Part shown: piece by piece, positions 35,149 through 48,303 of the stretch
How positions within the stretch are numbered: the stretch's first letter is position 1
Layout: every line of letters starts with the position of its first letter
Origin: Oikopleura dioica
Lineage: Eukaryota; Animalia; Chordata
Reading direction: 5' to 3'
Length of the DNA stretch: 64,000 nucleotides
Assembly: GCA_907165135.1 (NCBI GenBank)
Contig: OU015568.1
Coordinates: 5,704,001 to 5,768,000 of the forward strand
Made by a program: the position numbers and the translations under genes
Notes under the pieces: model-generated
Told to the model about the DNA's origin: nothing
The model's database searches: none
What the model saw: the letters and a program-made list of their open reading frames with translations, nothing else

Positions 35149-35427
35149 CCTTACGCCGCCAAACTTAAATTTCACCCCCCGCCGCCAAATGTGCCATATA
35201 TGGCACATCATCTTTTCCGTCGTCCTAGGCCCCATATAATGGCCGAACCCGAACCTTAACCAAGATCCGAACTCGAACCAGTACCCGAGGTCAAAAATGA
35301 ACCCAAACCCAAGCCCAGACTATTGCCCGAAAATGAGTAAAAATGGAAGAACCCGAAATGATGACGGAGAGAAAAATGGGTGTTAGAGAGCCCTTGTGCC
35401 ATATATGGCACATTTGGCGGCGTAGGG
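35149..35427. mobile_element. piggyBac-like MITE
   Basis: TTAA on both sides (35145-35148, 35428-35431) with TIR CC(T/C)TACGCCGCCAAA. Confidence 0.75.
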
Positions 35428-35960
35428 TTAAAACGTATCAACTCGCTTTGGGACCTGGAGGCCTGAAACCGATCGTTGTCGAGACCCTTAAGATGCGAAA
35501 AATTTTAGTTTTTACGCTCAGTCTAACCTTTTTATCGCTTTTAAAAAGTTCAAATGTAAAAGACACCCTTCAAGTCTTTCTCCATCCCGTCTCCCCTCAC
35601 AAATGCCATCTCCGGCCATTGAAGTAGCATCTGGATTCGCCAGAAGCTCGAGTTGTTTTCCATTTCTTTGCTTCATCCACATTCTCCTTTTTGTTCACTA
35701 ATTACGATACCGAATTGGCAAAATGGCGTTCCCCCGAGCCGCTCCCTCGGGACTTTCTTTACTTCAAATTGAGTTTAAACTTTTTCATTTTCTCTCTTTT
35801 TTTTCAAGCAAAAAAGAAAAGAAAAGAAATAAAAAAGATCTATTTTCCTTGCTTTTTTTATAACGATTTTTCTTAAGAAAAACAGCTCATGAAGACATAG
35901 AAGAAAAACAGATAAAACAGAATGAAAAACGAAGAGAAAAAGAAGTAGCAAGAACAAACA

Positions 35961-38900
35961 ATGATTATGAGGAGAGCGAGACTACTGGGAGGATTATTGC
36001 TAATTACAGTCAGAGCACAGGACCAATCAAGCAACCTGTGGAAGAATTGCGATCCAAATGGACAGAGAGCTTGCTGCATTAGCAACTGTAAATGCTTGTA
36101 CGAAGATGATCAGACCATCAACAAAATTGAGGTACTTCGGGTTTGGGTTTTTCATCATTTTTATTTATAATTTTAATATATTTTCAGTGCACTGATAAAA
36201 AATTGCGCGTGATTCAGCAACCAAGTCAGCCTGCTTCGATCAAAGAATATGACCTTTCCCGTAACAATATCGAGAGCATCCCGAGGGACACCTTCAAGGG
36301 CATGCTCTCTTTGGAGACGTTGAACATTTCCCGGAACTCGTTGTCTTCCCTCGATCCAGGTTCCTTTTCCGGGCTTTCCCAGACGCTTCGTGTTTTGGAC
36401 TTGAGCTCAAACAACTTCCAGCAGCTCCCGACTCGTGCTTTCAAGGTCAGAAAGAGAGCTTAATTACTGTCCAATCTGATCCAATTCAATTTCAGGCGGT
36501 GCTCGGACTGACAAAATTGTACGTTTCGCGCAATCAAGTGAAGAAACTCGGCCCACTCGAGTTCGCTCCTCTTGGCAATTTGTCCCTCATCGACATTAGT
36601 TTCAACCCGGGCGTGGAAGTTTCCGATGATGCCTTCAGGCAACTCGATAATTTACGCGATTTAGGCAATCACGGTCGAAATTTTTATTTTATTTACGACA
36701 TTTCGAGATGTCACGCAACATTTCGGGACATTTATAGACATTTTGAAATATTCTTTGACATCTTGAGACATCAAAAGACATCTTTTCAAATCAACAGAGA
36801 ATTCAAGACATCTTGAGACATTGGCAAACATTTTGAGACATCTGGAAACATTTAAGACACCTCAAATGTCACAAAATATCTCGAAGGATTTCTGAATGTT
36901 TCATGATGTCTTGAAATGTCTGAAAAATTGCAAAGGATACCTTTTGATGTCTTCCGATGTCAACACAAATTTTTTGATGTCTACCGATTTTCTCAAATGT
37001 CTCTGATTGCTAAAGACATTTGGTGACATCCAGGGACATCGTAAGGCATCTAAAGACATCTAATATACGACATAACTCATTTTGACCTATGAAAAAGTCT
37101 TCAAAAACTGCAAGTTAACAAAGATCCCGGATTTTACCGATGCCCGCCGCGAAATTCGCCGTTTGAACTTGGCCGGCAATAATTTAGTGAAAATCACGAC
37201 GACGAACTTCAAAAATATGCGATTGCTGGAGACATTGATTTTGAGGAATAATGCGATTACTTCTATCGACCAAGGGTCATTTGAGGTTCTGCTGGAAATC
37301 TAATGAAATTTTGAATTTAACTTAATTTAGGGTCTCGAAGCGTTGAAGGTCCTGGACTTGTCGAATAATCAACTTACCACTTTGCCTGAAGGAAAATGTC
37401 AACATAGCAAAAAAATGTCAGTTCTGTCAGCAAACGCAGAAATTTCAAGATTTTGGGGGGAGAAAATGACCATTCTAGACTTATACTTATCATTCACGTG
37501 ACAATGTTGACATTTCTGACATTCGCAATAAAAGCTGATTTGTCGGAAATGTCAGAAATGTCAACAACGGCGCGAAAACAACCATAAGTTATTAACTCAA
37601 GATGATTGACGTTTATTCTGACAGATTTCCTCACAAAAAATCCTGACATTTCTGACAATGCTGACAAATGTGACTTTCATGATGAACTTAATTCTAGCCG
37701 ATTGTTTCACAAATCAGAATGCGATCTATTGAAAAGAGACTCAATTTAGAGTTCTTAAAAGTCAAAAATGCACAATCTGTAAATCTTTAAACTTTGCGGT
37801 AATTGGAAATGTTGTTGACAAACGAACAGGTTTAATATTTTACACCAACGTGCTCCAAAAGCTGTATCTGACGGGGATGAAGTGGAACTGCGACTGCGAC
37901 ATTTGGTGGCTCACTGAACTCTTCAGGCACTTGTTCTTTCAATTATTTCATCATCGCTTGTTTCCTTGTTTCAAAATTGGACGATAACTTATTCACGAGC
38001 GAAGTTCTCTTCCTTGATTGCAAATTGAAAAACAAGTTCAAAAGCAAGCGGCCGGATTTGCTCGAAAGTGCAGATTCAAAACCGAAATGTGCTCAGCCGA
38101 TAAAATGGCTGAACTATCCGCTGGACAAGCTGAACGACAAGTACTCCGGAGCCTGGTGCAAGACTAGAAAGTTCTTCGGTGAGTCATTATCAGATACGGT
38201 CCAAATGAGGTACTCGTGCTAAGGGTCAGGGTAAGCTAAATAGAAAACATGAACCATGGGTATGGGGTCTTTTCTGATTGGCAATTGCGTAGAATAAAGG
38301 CTTCTGATTGGCTGAAAATTTGGAGCTTCAACAACCCCTTGGAATGTCTTTTCAAATAGGGACCTTCTTTCTTAAAATTTTGATATGTAATATTTTTGAT
38401 TCTTTGTCTTATTCTTAATAGAGCCCTACCGTATTTATGGTAAATAAAATAAACATCAAATTATAATCTAAACGACGATTTTATGCAACCGCTTTTCGAT
38501 TAGATCTGGGGAGAATATCTCAAGGGTAAAGATAGATACTTCTCCTTCTGTAATCGAGATAAGGTCGTATCATCAATTCTTAATTTTATATGCGCCGGGT
38601 GTTCGTCGCTAGATAATGCATTTTACAGTCGCTATTCAAAAAGCACATAAATGACGATTTTAAATTGACAAGAGACGAACTCGATTGGTTTCTTTAGAAT
38701 TAAAATAGAGGAAAAGTAAGTCGCTGAATAAAATATGAAATAACTTGTTTGAATAAGACCCTTTTATTAATGACGGAATATTCTAAATTTGCATGGTTCT
38801 ATTGGAAAAGAAAGAGGTAGATCCAATTTTAAAATTGCAAATTTTCGGGTATTCACCAAAAAAAACGAGATTTAAGGTAATGACCCCCTTATTTTTTTCA

Positions 38901-41900
38901 TTTTAGGCGATAATCTAACTCCCTTTATTTAATGAAAATTTGAAATCTTTGTAGAAAAATTCTTTTTCGAGCGTTTTCTCCGAAGTTTTACATAGTGACA
39001 CCCTTATTCAACTTGGGGAGCAGAATTTTTCTAGCTCCAATAAAAGACGAATTTCAAGAAAAAACTTCAATTTTCGGCCTATTAATTTTAAAGACTAATG
39101 ATTGGAGCAAGAAAGTGTCTTCTTTCGAAGTTAAATAAGGGCGTCTTTTTGAAAAATTTTTCGAGAAAAAAAGCCCAAAAATTATATTTTGTACAAAGAT
39201 GTCAAATTTTCTTCCTTGATTTCATCAATTAGTTTGAGTTTTTTTGACCTTCGAAAGTGATTAAGTATTTTCTCCGAAATTAATCCCCACAATTAGCTGT
39301 CCCGCAAACAAAACCTCATTTCAAGTGGTCTCCTTTTCATCTCATCTTTGATTCATCAAGTCTGACAGTCAGTTTCTCCATTTTCGCATTTCAAAAAGAA
39401 AATCATATTTTCGAGCATAAAAACCCATCATCATCAATAGCGGATAAATTGATGCAGCCGAATTTGCATCCATAAATATGGATTCGGCCTTTTTTCGCGG
39501 CGCAGAAAGTTAAATTGACCATTGTCGATTTCGCGCAAAATAAGAAAAGGACACGCTTTTGGCCGCAGCGCGGCGCCACTTTTTTTTTCTTCATTCTTTT
39601 TTTTTCATTTCTTGCTCTCTTTTCCCTTCCCTTCGAGCTTCTGACAATCTGAGAAGCTGCCCAAAACTCCACCGCGAAATAAGTTTTTTAATTGACAGAA
39701 AAATCGTTTTCAAAAAAGAAATTCAAAAAAAAAAGAGATGATAAAAGTTCAAGAGACCAATTAAAGGGTTCAAAAAAGAAGAAAAAAAGGAGTTACGAAA
39801 AAAAATATTCAAAAAAAATTTCAAAGAGAAAATAAAATCGGAAAGCCGCTTGCGGCTTCGAGCAAGATGAGTCAAAAAGCCGCGCTTCGCCGGGCGGCTT
39901 TAATTCATTTTGGCTCGAAGCCGCAAGCGGCTTCTCGATTTTGAATTCTCTTTGAATTTTTTTCGAGAAATTAGCTTGAAAATCACCTGATTTTTTCTTA
40001 TTTTTTTTATATGTTTGCTTTTCTTTTCAATCCTTTCAAAAAGCTTAAAGTCCAAAAGCGCAGAAAACGAACAGATCGAGCCGTAAAATCTAACCCGTCC
40101 GATTCAGTGAACAAATTCGCCCGGACAGGTGTCGAAGGCTCGGACATTCAACTCGAGTGCAAATCGCTCAGGTCACAATCAAACGCCCAGCAAAATGGCC
40201 AGATAAAGTGGTTTGGGCCCGATGGAAAGGACATCACGTGAGTTTTCCGAATTTAATTTTCTTGTAAAAGCGAGAAGCCGCTTGCGGCTTTGAGTAAAAC
40301 TTACAAAAAGCCGCACTTCCGCGGCTTATTTTTTATTTCTCGAAATTATTTTTGTTCTAAAATCGAGAAGCCGCTTGCGGCTTCGAGCAATCAAAAATAA
40401 AAGCCGCGCGAGCGCGGCTTTTTCTTGATCATACTCGAAGCCGCAAGCGGCTTCTCGATTTTAGAACAAAAATAATTTCGAGAATAAAAAATTAGCCGCG
40501 GAAGGGCGGCTTTTTGTAAGTTTAACTCAAAGCCGCAAGCAGCGTCTTGATTTTTTTGAAGAAAAGTCCTAAAAATCAAAAAATAATTTTCTGTGTCAAA
40601 AATTTTGACTCAAAATGGTTGTTTTAGCTTACAGTCGCAAAATTACAAGACGCGTGTTCAAGTATCCGGCTCAACGCTGAAAATAAAGAGCTTGCGCATT
40701 GATGATAGCGGCACTTGGACATGCTATAATGAAGACACTGATTACGTCGGTAAGTAGCAAGCGGGATCAACTGAGGCTTAGACACGATGAAACAAGCCTT
40801 GAGTTGATCAATTTGAAAAAGACCCAGGGGAGGGGAGATGCAATAACGCCCTTCTTGGATTGACTTTATTGCTTTTCCGATACTTAGAAAAAGAGATTGT
40901 CAGTTGAGATTCCATTATTCAGGATGAACTCGTGACATAGTAACATTATTCTTCGTAAACAAGTTTTACCAATAATTTTGACACGTCATTATGGATCATC
41001 AATAATGACCAACAGTCATCATTGGTTGAACTTTTCGCCGCAAAGAAATGATAAGAAACCAAAAAGCCGCTTGCGGCTTCGAGCAAAACTAAATCTTAGC
41101 CGCGCATAGCGCGGCTTTTTCTCATTCTTGCTCGAAGCCGCAATATTTTCGAGCATGAATGAGAAAAGCCGCGCTATGCGCGGCTAAGATTTAGTTTTGC
41201 TCGAAGCCGCAAGCGGCTTTTTGTTTTCTTATCATTTCTTTGCGGCAATAAGTTCAATCAAAAATAGCCTAAATTTATCTAAAATAAATTCAAGCGGACA
41301 CGGAGTTTACCGTCACCCCAGCATCGGGCGGCCCAACAACATTATTCTCGACATCGACGATCCGCGCCGTCGAGTCCGTCACTTCTGGCCCGAACGCGGT
41401 GCTGAACACCGAGCAGTCTGCTCCCGCCGCCTCGCCTTCTATCGTCAAAGCCGCCGCGGAAAATTCCGAAGCAAAAACAAGCAGCAGCGACAGTACTAGC
41501 ACTGGCGAGCCGCTACGGAGGACGAGGCTCGTGATTAGTTTATTTATTGGTTTGACGGTTGTCTGCGCTATTGTTTTAATTGTCTTTTACAAGGTGAGCA
41601 GCAGTTTAGAAAAAATCCACCGTCTCTTTTCTTCTGAGCTGAGTGTTGATACAGTTATATTTCAGAAGCGAAGGCGAAAGTCGCACAGAAATGATTGGGA
41701 AACGCGAAAACTCAGGCCGGAGGAACAAAATGGGAATGCAGGAGGAAGGGTTTCTGGACAACAACTGACTCGTTCCTCGATTTCTTCGCACAGGGTAAGT
41801 TCAGGAGGGGAAGGGTTGGGGGGGGGTCTGAGGAGGGCATGGGGGGTTTGCTAGCCTCTGATTGGCTGATGGAATACTGGCCCCTCATTGGCTGAAGGTA

Positions 41901-42530
41901 CCTATTCCCCCACCTTTTCAAAGGGCCCCTCCTCCTATCCATAAAGAAAACCCCCCTCCCGTTTAGCCGCAAATGATAAGAAAAAGAGCGATAAGGGGGT
42001 GTAGCTCAAATGGTAGAGCGCTCGCTTAGCATGCGAGAGGTACCGGGATCGATACCCGGCATCTCCAAATACTTCCTTTTTCAACCCTTTTTCGTTTCAG
42101 AAAACTGACGAGCAAATTCGCCCTCTTCGCCAATCACCCCCAATCGACCCCGAAGACGCTCTCGGAACCCCAATCGGACCGCCGGAGACGATTTCAAAGA
42201 GCAGGATCGAAAGTAGCGGCGCTGGAACACTTCCTTCCCAGAAAACACGGTCCAAAGCGGATATTGCCGAAGATCGAAGAGAAAATCGAAAATTTCATTC
42301 TCAACCGGGAACTTTAGGTATTTTTCGTTTACTCACTTTATCGATTCGAGTTGCATTTGAGATCAATTTTTTTTACTGGAACTGTCAAAATTTCTTTTAA
42401 CAGTTTGAGTTTGCTTTTTTACCAATAACTCATTTTTATTTCTTACAGGGAGAAATGGAAGAGTGAAAGATATCGTTCATCATTTAGAGTCAAATCCACC
42501 AAGGAAAGTTTCATCTGCTCGATTTTTTCT
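35961..42530 (+). CDS. Type I membrane LRR-Ig protein (LRRN/LINGO/LRIT-like architecture)
   Basis: Signal peptide, LRRNT (CISNCKC), multiple LxxLxLxxNxL repeats, LRRCT (WNCDCDIWWL...PKCAQP), Ig (IQLECK...IKWFGPDG...DDSGTWTC), Ser/Thr stalk, TM VISLFIGLTVVCAIVLIVFY and basic stop-transfer. The 3' end is uncertain. Confidence 0.8.
36700..37080. repeat. GACAT-rich degenerate minisatellite/MITE in an LRR-gene intron
   Basis: Many gacat(c/t)ttga / atgtc units in opposite orientations in the two halves. Confidence 0.55.
40273..40545. repeat. Large nested AAGCCGC palindrome (intronic)
   Basis: A ~270-bp inverted repeat centred on aagccgcgcgagcgcggctt, with AAGCCGCTTGCGGCTT modules in each arm. Confidence 0.8.
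41037..41245. repeat. Near-perfect ~210-bp AAGCCGC-family hairpin (intronic)
   Basis: ccgcaaagaaatgataagaaa... pairs with ...tttcttatcatttctttgcgg. Confidence 0.8.
41995..42067 (+). tRNA. trnA-AGC: tRNA-Ala (AGC)
   Basis: 73-nt cloverleaf: acceptor GGGGGTG/CATCTCC+A, D-arm GCTCAAATGGTAGAGC, anticodon arm CTCGC-TTAGCAT-GCGAG, T-arm CCGGG-ATCGATA-CCCGG. Confidence 0.95.
42077..42081 (+). terminator. Pol III oligo(T) terminator of tRNA-Ala
   Basis: T5 run starting 10 nt after the discriminator base. Confidence 0.7.
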
Positions 42531-44144
42531 GTTTCAGTTGTGCTCGATTCACTTTTTGTCAATTTTGTCGGTTGTTTCATTTCATATCTGTTTGTTGTTT
42601 CATCGAGGAAGTACTGTACTACAGTACTACTGTAGTATCATTCTATCATATCATAAGAAAGAGGTTGGGAGTAGCCGATTGGAAAGTTAGGGTTAAGCCG
42701 ATATCGGCAACCTGTGAAGAAAGCCTGACTCAGGGTCTGAAAGATCTTAAATAAATTACCGACTAGCGCCTTTTTTTAAGAAACCGCAGAGCGTTGCCGA
42801 CATATTTTATGTATCCATCAAATTTCGATTCTTTTGAAGCCGCTCTGCGGCTTAATTAGAAAAAAGCTGCTACGCGGCTTTTCATTAAAAATCTTTCAGA
42901 CCCTGACTCAGGTTTTTTACACAGGTTTCCGAGCCTTGTTAATTAACCCGTTCGGATAATGACCATTTTGTTGGCAGAGCATTTTGTGGTTATTCGAGCC
43001 ATCTGCCAATGAATTGGTCAATGTGCGCGAAGGGGTTAAATAATATTTTAAATGAAAATCGATTTCTGTACGTTATTCTTTGTCTCAATAATTCGGGAAC
43101 TCTGGTTTATAATTTGTATAATCGTCGAGTTTCAAAAAGGCATTTTATGAAACTGCTCTCAGATGTGTTACGAATCCCAGCTCGCCAGTGAAAACAACTC
43201 CCAATGGAGTCGCAACTCTTGGTAATCATTCTCAATGTAAATAAGAAACTTTCTTTTTTTCTTCCATTTTTTAACGAAAATTCTAGCCGCCTTTTTTCAT
43301 TTCGCTAACAACAATTCTAGCGCACCATGTGTACAGAACGCGAACGCTGAGCAAAAGCGAAATGGAACAGAATCTGACGTTTTTGCCCCAAAGCATCGAA
43401 AAACTTCCCCTTCAGGAGACTGCCATCTGAACTCCAGAAAAATATTATTTTATTTTCAAAAATTGCTTTCTTCACAAAACTGCCAGCTTTCCAATAAATG
43501 CAAATACTAACAAAAAAATGACAATTTTTACAAATTATGAAGGAAAAAGTCGCAAAGAACTTCAATGTCGTCATGTCCAGTTTTCTCCGCTAAGTTGTCT
43601 TCTTTTGCATTTTCCATCATTTCTTGAAATTATTATATTATTTCTTCCTATATTATTATTTAATTTCTTCCTTGCTCTAGAATTTACCTTGCAAGCATTC
43701 AAATCGAAGTCTTTCCTGTTCGTTTTCGTCATTTTTTCTTCTTACTTTTTCACTGTAAACTGGTTGACCAAGCAAGCAAAAAAGTAATAAGCAAAAGAAA
43801 GAATAAAGCATAATTGTCAAAAAATTTTATGAAAAAATGTCTATTCTGATCAGCGCTCGGAAATTCGCACGCTCAAATGAAGCCCTGGTTCGATTATTTC
43901 TACGTTAACTTTATATTTCCGACCAAGAAGTTCTTTTAAACCCCGCTAAAAGTAAAAAAAACAAAGAAGAATCCTGGACTGACCCCAAATGTCCCGCCTT
44001 GCGTTTTCTTTGCTTTGCTTGTTAGTTATTACGATCTCTTTGCGCCAACACTTGCCTTTGTCCCGTAACATTTGATATTTGCATATCTTCTATTTAACCC
44101 GCCTCCCGCCTCCCCAAACCTCAATTTTACAAAAAAAAAAAACG

Positions 44145-44623
44145 ATGAAAATTTTCAAATTTCTTTCCGCTTTTGCCGCTTTTGTCGCCTCGACTGGCAT
44201 TTCTACTCATGTTCTCGACCTGACTACTGGTCTTCCTGGACCAGGAATGAAGATTGACGTCTTTTACCAGGTCGATCAGGGCTATGGAGTCGGACCTGAC
44301 TGGACTCCAATTCGATCACTGTAAGTTGATCTGTTTTGAAAAATGCCTTTTTTGATGCTTCAATTTTCATTTTCAGAATCACGAATTCTGATGGGCGAAC
44401 CGACGAGCCCGTCGTCAGCACTGAGGAAATCGAGATGATCAACCGCGCCAGTGACAACTTCTACAAGATCGTCTTCTACACCGACGAGTACTACAAGGAC
44501 GTCGACACTTTCTTCCCACGACCCGAGATGGTCTTCCGCGTCAAGAAAGAGCAGATCGGCGAGCACTTTCACGTCCCAATCCTCTGCACTCCGTATTCTT
44601 ACTCTACTTACCGAGGTTCTTAA
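44145..44623 (+). CDS. urah: 5-hydroxyisourate hydrolase (transthyretin-related protein) with predicted signal peptide
   Basis: Exons 44145-44320 and 44377-44623. Motifs STHVLD, TNSDGR, YKIVFYTDEYY, FFPRPE, HFHVPILCTPYSYSTYRGS*. Confidence 0.92.
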
Positions 44624-45261
44624 ATCCACTGTTTCGCAAGAACCCGCGTAAAATGCCTTTCGCTTCAATAAAAAACGAATAAAATTCGACAAAAGATTTA
44701 AAGAGGCCAGCGTAAAAGACCATAAAAATTTAACAATTTTCATTTTCAAACTGTAGATTTCGGAAAATGTCATGCATGAAATATTTTTATTATTTAGTTT
44801 TAAACTTTTAACTTAAAGTTCGTCGAAAAGAAGGCAGGAACTTCAGCTTAATTTATACCTAAAATCGCTTCAAGGCTTCTCCCGTAGTATTGATGGAAAA
44901 AATGAAGAATGATAATGAAGAGTGTGAAATGAAAATTGATGAGAAATGAAAAGCCTCTCCACCAGATGAGGCTTTTTTCAATAACCTCTGATGCGTTGAA
45001 GTCAACTTCATCAGTGGTTAACATGCGTATAATAGCCAGCCCGGGTCAAGCCGTCTCCGGCTCGAATTATGCCAGCCTAGGCAATGCCTAGTAGGCATCT
45101 TACCGTTTTTTCTTGCGAAAGTTGGTCAGCTTTGCCTTTGAGGAAACTTCCTACAAGAAATTATTATTACTACAAATGCAAATGGTCGCAAGCATGTGCA
45201 AAAATCAAGCATCAGAATCGTGGTCGAAAACTCGAATTGTTTCGCGAAAGAGACTTCTCAA

Positions 45262-46925
45262 ATGAGGTGGATTTTGACCCTTATCAGTTTTTGCGCTCAG
45301 GCTGAAGTTTCTAGACGGAGGATTGATCCTTCTTGTCCGTGAGTACTAAAATTTTTTGTTATTTGGAAGAAAAGGAAAAAACTTTAGTGACGCTGATCTT
45401 GGCGAACTATGCGACGAAGACTGCTTTGAAAAGTGGATCAAATGCAAGGATGGCTGTTTGAGCTCTTCTTGCGAGCGCCAATGCGCTGGAGAATGGACCG
45501 GTAATTATCTATTTTTCTATTATGATTATGATATCTCAAGACTGCTACCGAGCTTGTCCATGCGACGAGCTCTGCCCGAACGGTTGCGAGAACTGCGCGA
45601 ATCCGATTTGCAGCTGTAAAAGCCCTGAGAACGATCCGTATTTCAAACAATGTCTGAAAGAGGCGAGAGGACGATTAGACGATTGTTTCGAATCCTGTGC
45701 GACGAATAACACTTGCTATGATGGCTGCTATGACGTGTTCGAAGATGAAAAAAGCTTCTGTCCATGCATGGAGAAATGCCCAATGGGCTGTTCTTGTGAT
45801 TGCGGTTTTAAATGTCAGACTCATGTGACAGTGCTTTGCCAGGGGAGAACAGACATTAGCGCTTTACCAAATTTTAGTTATTTGATTTCTGCTGATGGAA
45901 GTTTCAAGGTTCGCAAAAGTGATATTCTTCTTTGACGAGAGTTAAGGAAAAACGGCATTTCGAATCTCCTTTAAATGAAGAACGTGGATATATTTATTAT
46001 TCTGGCCATGCAATCTTAAGAGGAGAAGTGTATTTTTTTGGAAGTTATGATAACAATGGTTCAACTAAAAAGGTAAAGCTTTCTCTATGAAGCGATGCTG
46101 ATATCGATAATGATTTCAAGATTTCAATATTATCTGGCTGTAAAATTATAAATACCGAAATTCAACTTGTTAATTCTTTCGACGCTGTTTACGGATCCCT
46201 CGCAACTGTTTCTGCTGGAACTGAGTCCGTTATCTTATGCAGAGGTCGTTCGGCAGATTGCGAAAGCTTTAACGGGGAAAAATCTCAATCTATAAGTTCT
46301 ACACAAATTAATCATGAACGTTCTTGCATGGTAGAATTTGAAAATGCACCGATGATCATTGGATCTTATTCACCGACTTCAAATCGTGTAGAAATTCTTA
46401 CTTCAAGGTGATTCATAATCAAATGCTTACTTACTATTTGAGAATAAGCGGTTGGCAAGATACTACTCCTCATCCTCGACAGATTTATTCCCATACATGT
46501 CTTTCTGTCTCAAATGGAGTTCTTACCATTAGTGGAATCTTGAAAGATGACAATGTCTGGTTTTATACGAAAAATGTTTATCTCCTCCGTGATGATCAAT
46601 GGGCAAAAGTCGGTGTTTTGCAATCAGTTAAAATATTTTGAAAAATTATTTTCATTTATTATTCTTTAGGTTTACGGTCTTGCGTCTTCAATTCATTTTG
46701 GCGATTATTTTCTTGTTTTTGATGGTGTTCAAACCCGGTAAAAATACATATGTAGAATCTCATTTAAAATAAATCAGAAACGTGGAAAGGGCACTGTGGG
46801 ATGGTCAGAACATAACTTCTTCGATGATCATAAACAAGCATGAAGGAGACTGTTATCGGCCGATTATCTTCGAATCCGATCCAGATTCCTGTATAGAAGG
46901 TTGTGATGATTTCTGTTACTATTAA
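45262..46925 (+). CDS. Secreted Cys-rich plus kelch-type beta-propeller protein (lineage-expanded family)
   Basis: Signal peptide MRWILTLISFCAQA, CPCxxxCPxGC repeats, then propeller blades (HAILRGEVYFFG; NHERSCM; SGWQDTTPHP). Short GT-AG introns keep the frame to TAA 46923-46925. Confidence 0.75.
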
Positions 46926-47100
46926 TAAGAGTCTATTATTCTTGAAAACTTCGCGGAAAATTTTAATAAAGGCAGAACAGTCGCTCTTCTTTGATGAAAC
47001 TCTCAAGAGGCCCTTACCATTATTTAGGGAAAAATTTTACAATTTTGATTCTCAAACTATAGATTTCGGATAATGTCATGCAGGAAATATTTATTATTAA

Positions 47101-47781
47101 GGGGGTCCCAAACGATTTTGAGATTTTTCGAATTATAATTTTTTCTCTTCAGATTTGAATTCCTCATGCAAAAAGCTGCAAAAAAGGTCTTTAGCTTTTT
47201 TCGATTGTTTAAGAAAAAAGTGTCCAAAATTGACCTTGAAGTGGCCAATTTTGATGCATCTGCATGGAAATTTAAAAATCAACCCATATTTACAATTGTC
47301 TAAGGGTCGCATATGTCACATTTTCAGGAAGGATATGAGCTCACTTTTCTATTTATGCCCGAAAATATGGGTTTGGGTGATGCCCGGAAGGCAATTCACA
47401 TGGTTAAAATTTCAAAATTCGTACATTTTTTTGGCCGTCTTCGTTACATTATCGTTTTTTGGAAATTGAAAAAACTGAGATACGCTTCACTAGATTAACG
47501 TTAGACCTTACAGAAACCACAGGAAAATTAAATTTTGTTTCCTAAATTTTTGGAGTAAATCTCGGTCAAAAAGTGCCCAAAAACGCGATTTTGCGCGAGA
47601 AGGTTACCTTTTCAGGGCTCTAGCGCCGAATGTGGTTGGGTTAAAAGAAATTTGAGACACGCTTCACTAGATCTAAGACTGATCTATTTGTACGTGAAAA
47701 AATTTTTGAAAAATCTAAGTGCGCGTCGCCGTGAGCGCCAGTCAAAAATGGCCAATTTCGAAAAAATCGTTGGGGACCCCC
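47101..47781. mobile_element. Kolobok-like MITE (TTAA TSD, GG termini)
   Basis: ttaa|gggggtcccaaacgatttt ... aaaatcgttggggaccccc|ttaa. The paralogous segment at 44750-44800 lacks it. Confidence 0.75.
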
Positions 47782-47799
47782 TTAAGTTTTGTTATTTTT

Positions 47800-48303
47800 T
47801 ACTAAAATTCTTTGAAGAAGAAGGCACGAATTTCGACAAAATTAAGACCTAGTATTGCTTCAAGGTTTTTCCCACAGAATTGATGGAAAAAATGAAGAAT
47901 GATTATGAAGAGCGTAAAAATGATAAGAAGCGAGTAACCTCTCCAGTAGGGTGATGGTTCCTCTTCTTCAGAAATCTCTGCAGGCGTATCAGAAACAGCT
48001 TCATCAGTGGCAGCTTAAAAATGGGGTAAATATTTCTTTCTTATCTGAATTTGCGCTTTGAAGTCTCATTTTCGCTTGCTGAATCGGAGGTTGAAGAATC
48101 AGAGTCGAGAAAACGCCAGAGTCTGGCTCTAGAAGGGGAATTGTTCGGGCGGGATTCGGTTTAGTTGATTTGGGCCGAAGAGCTTCGGAAAGAACAACTT
48201 TGCCTTGAACAATAGTTAGTTGATAAGGAGTCCCACCGAGCTCAGTGATAATCGAGGAGACTTTCTTATTCAAAGCAATCAAGTTATCCAATCTTGATTC
48301 CAT
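47800..48303 (-). CDS. Small tail-anchored membrane protein, with a paralogous 3' exon at ~44850-45020
   Basis: 99-aa ORF plus a downstream exon WRGYSLLIIFTLFIIILHFFHQFCG. The paralog reads WRGFSFLINFHFTLFIIILHFFHQYYG. Confidence 0.45.

Noticed and set aside
43140-43440. Ligand-gated ion channel M2-M3 fragment (LPRVATPLG)
   Set aside because: The similarity is too short and no Cys-loop or other TM helices could be assembled.
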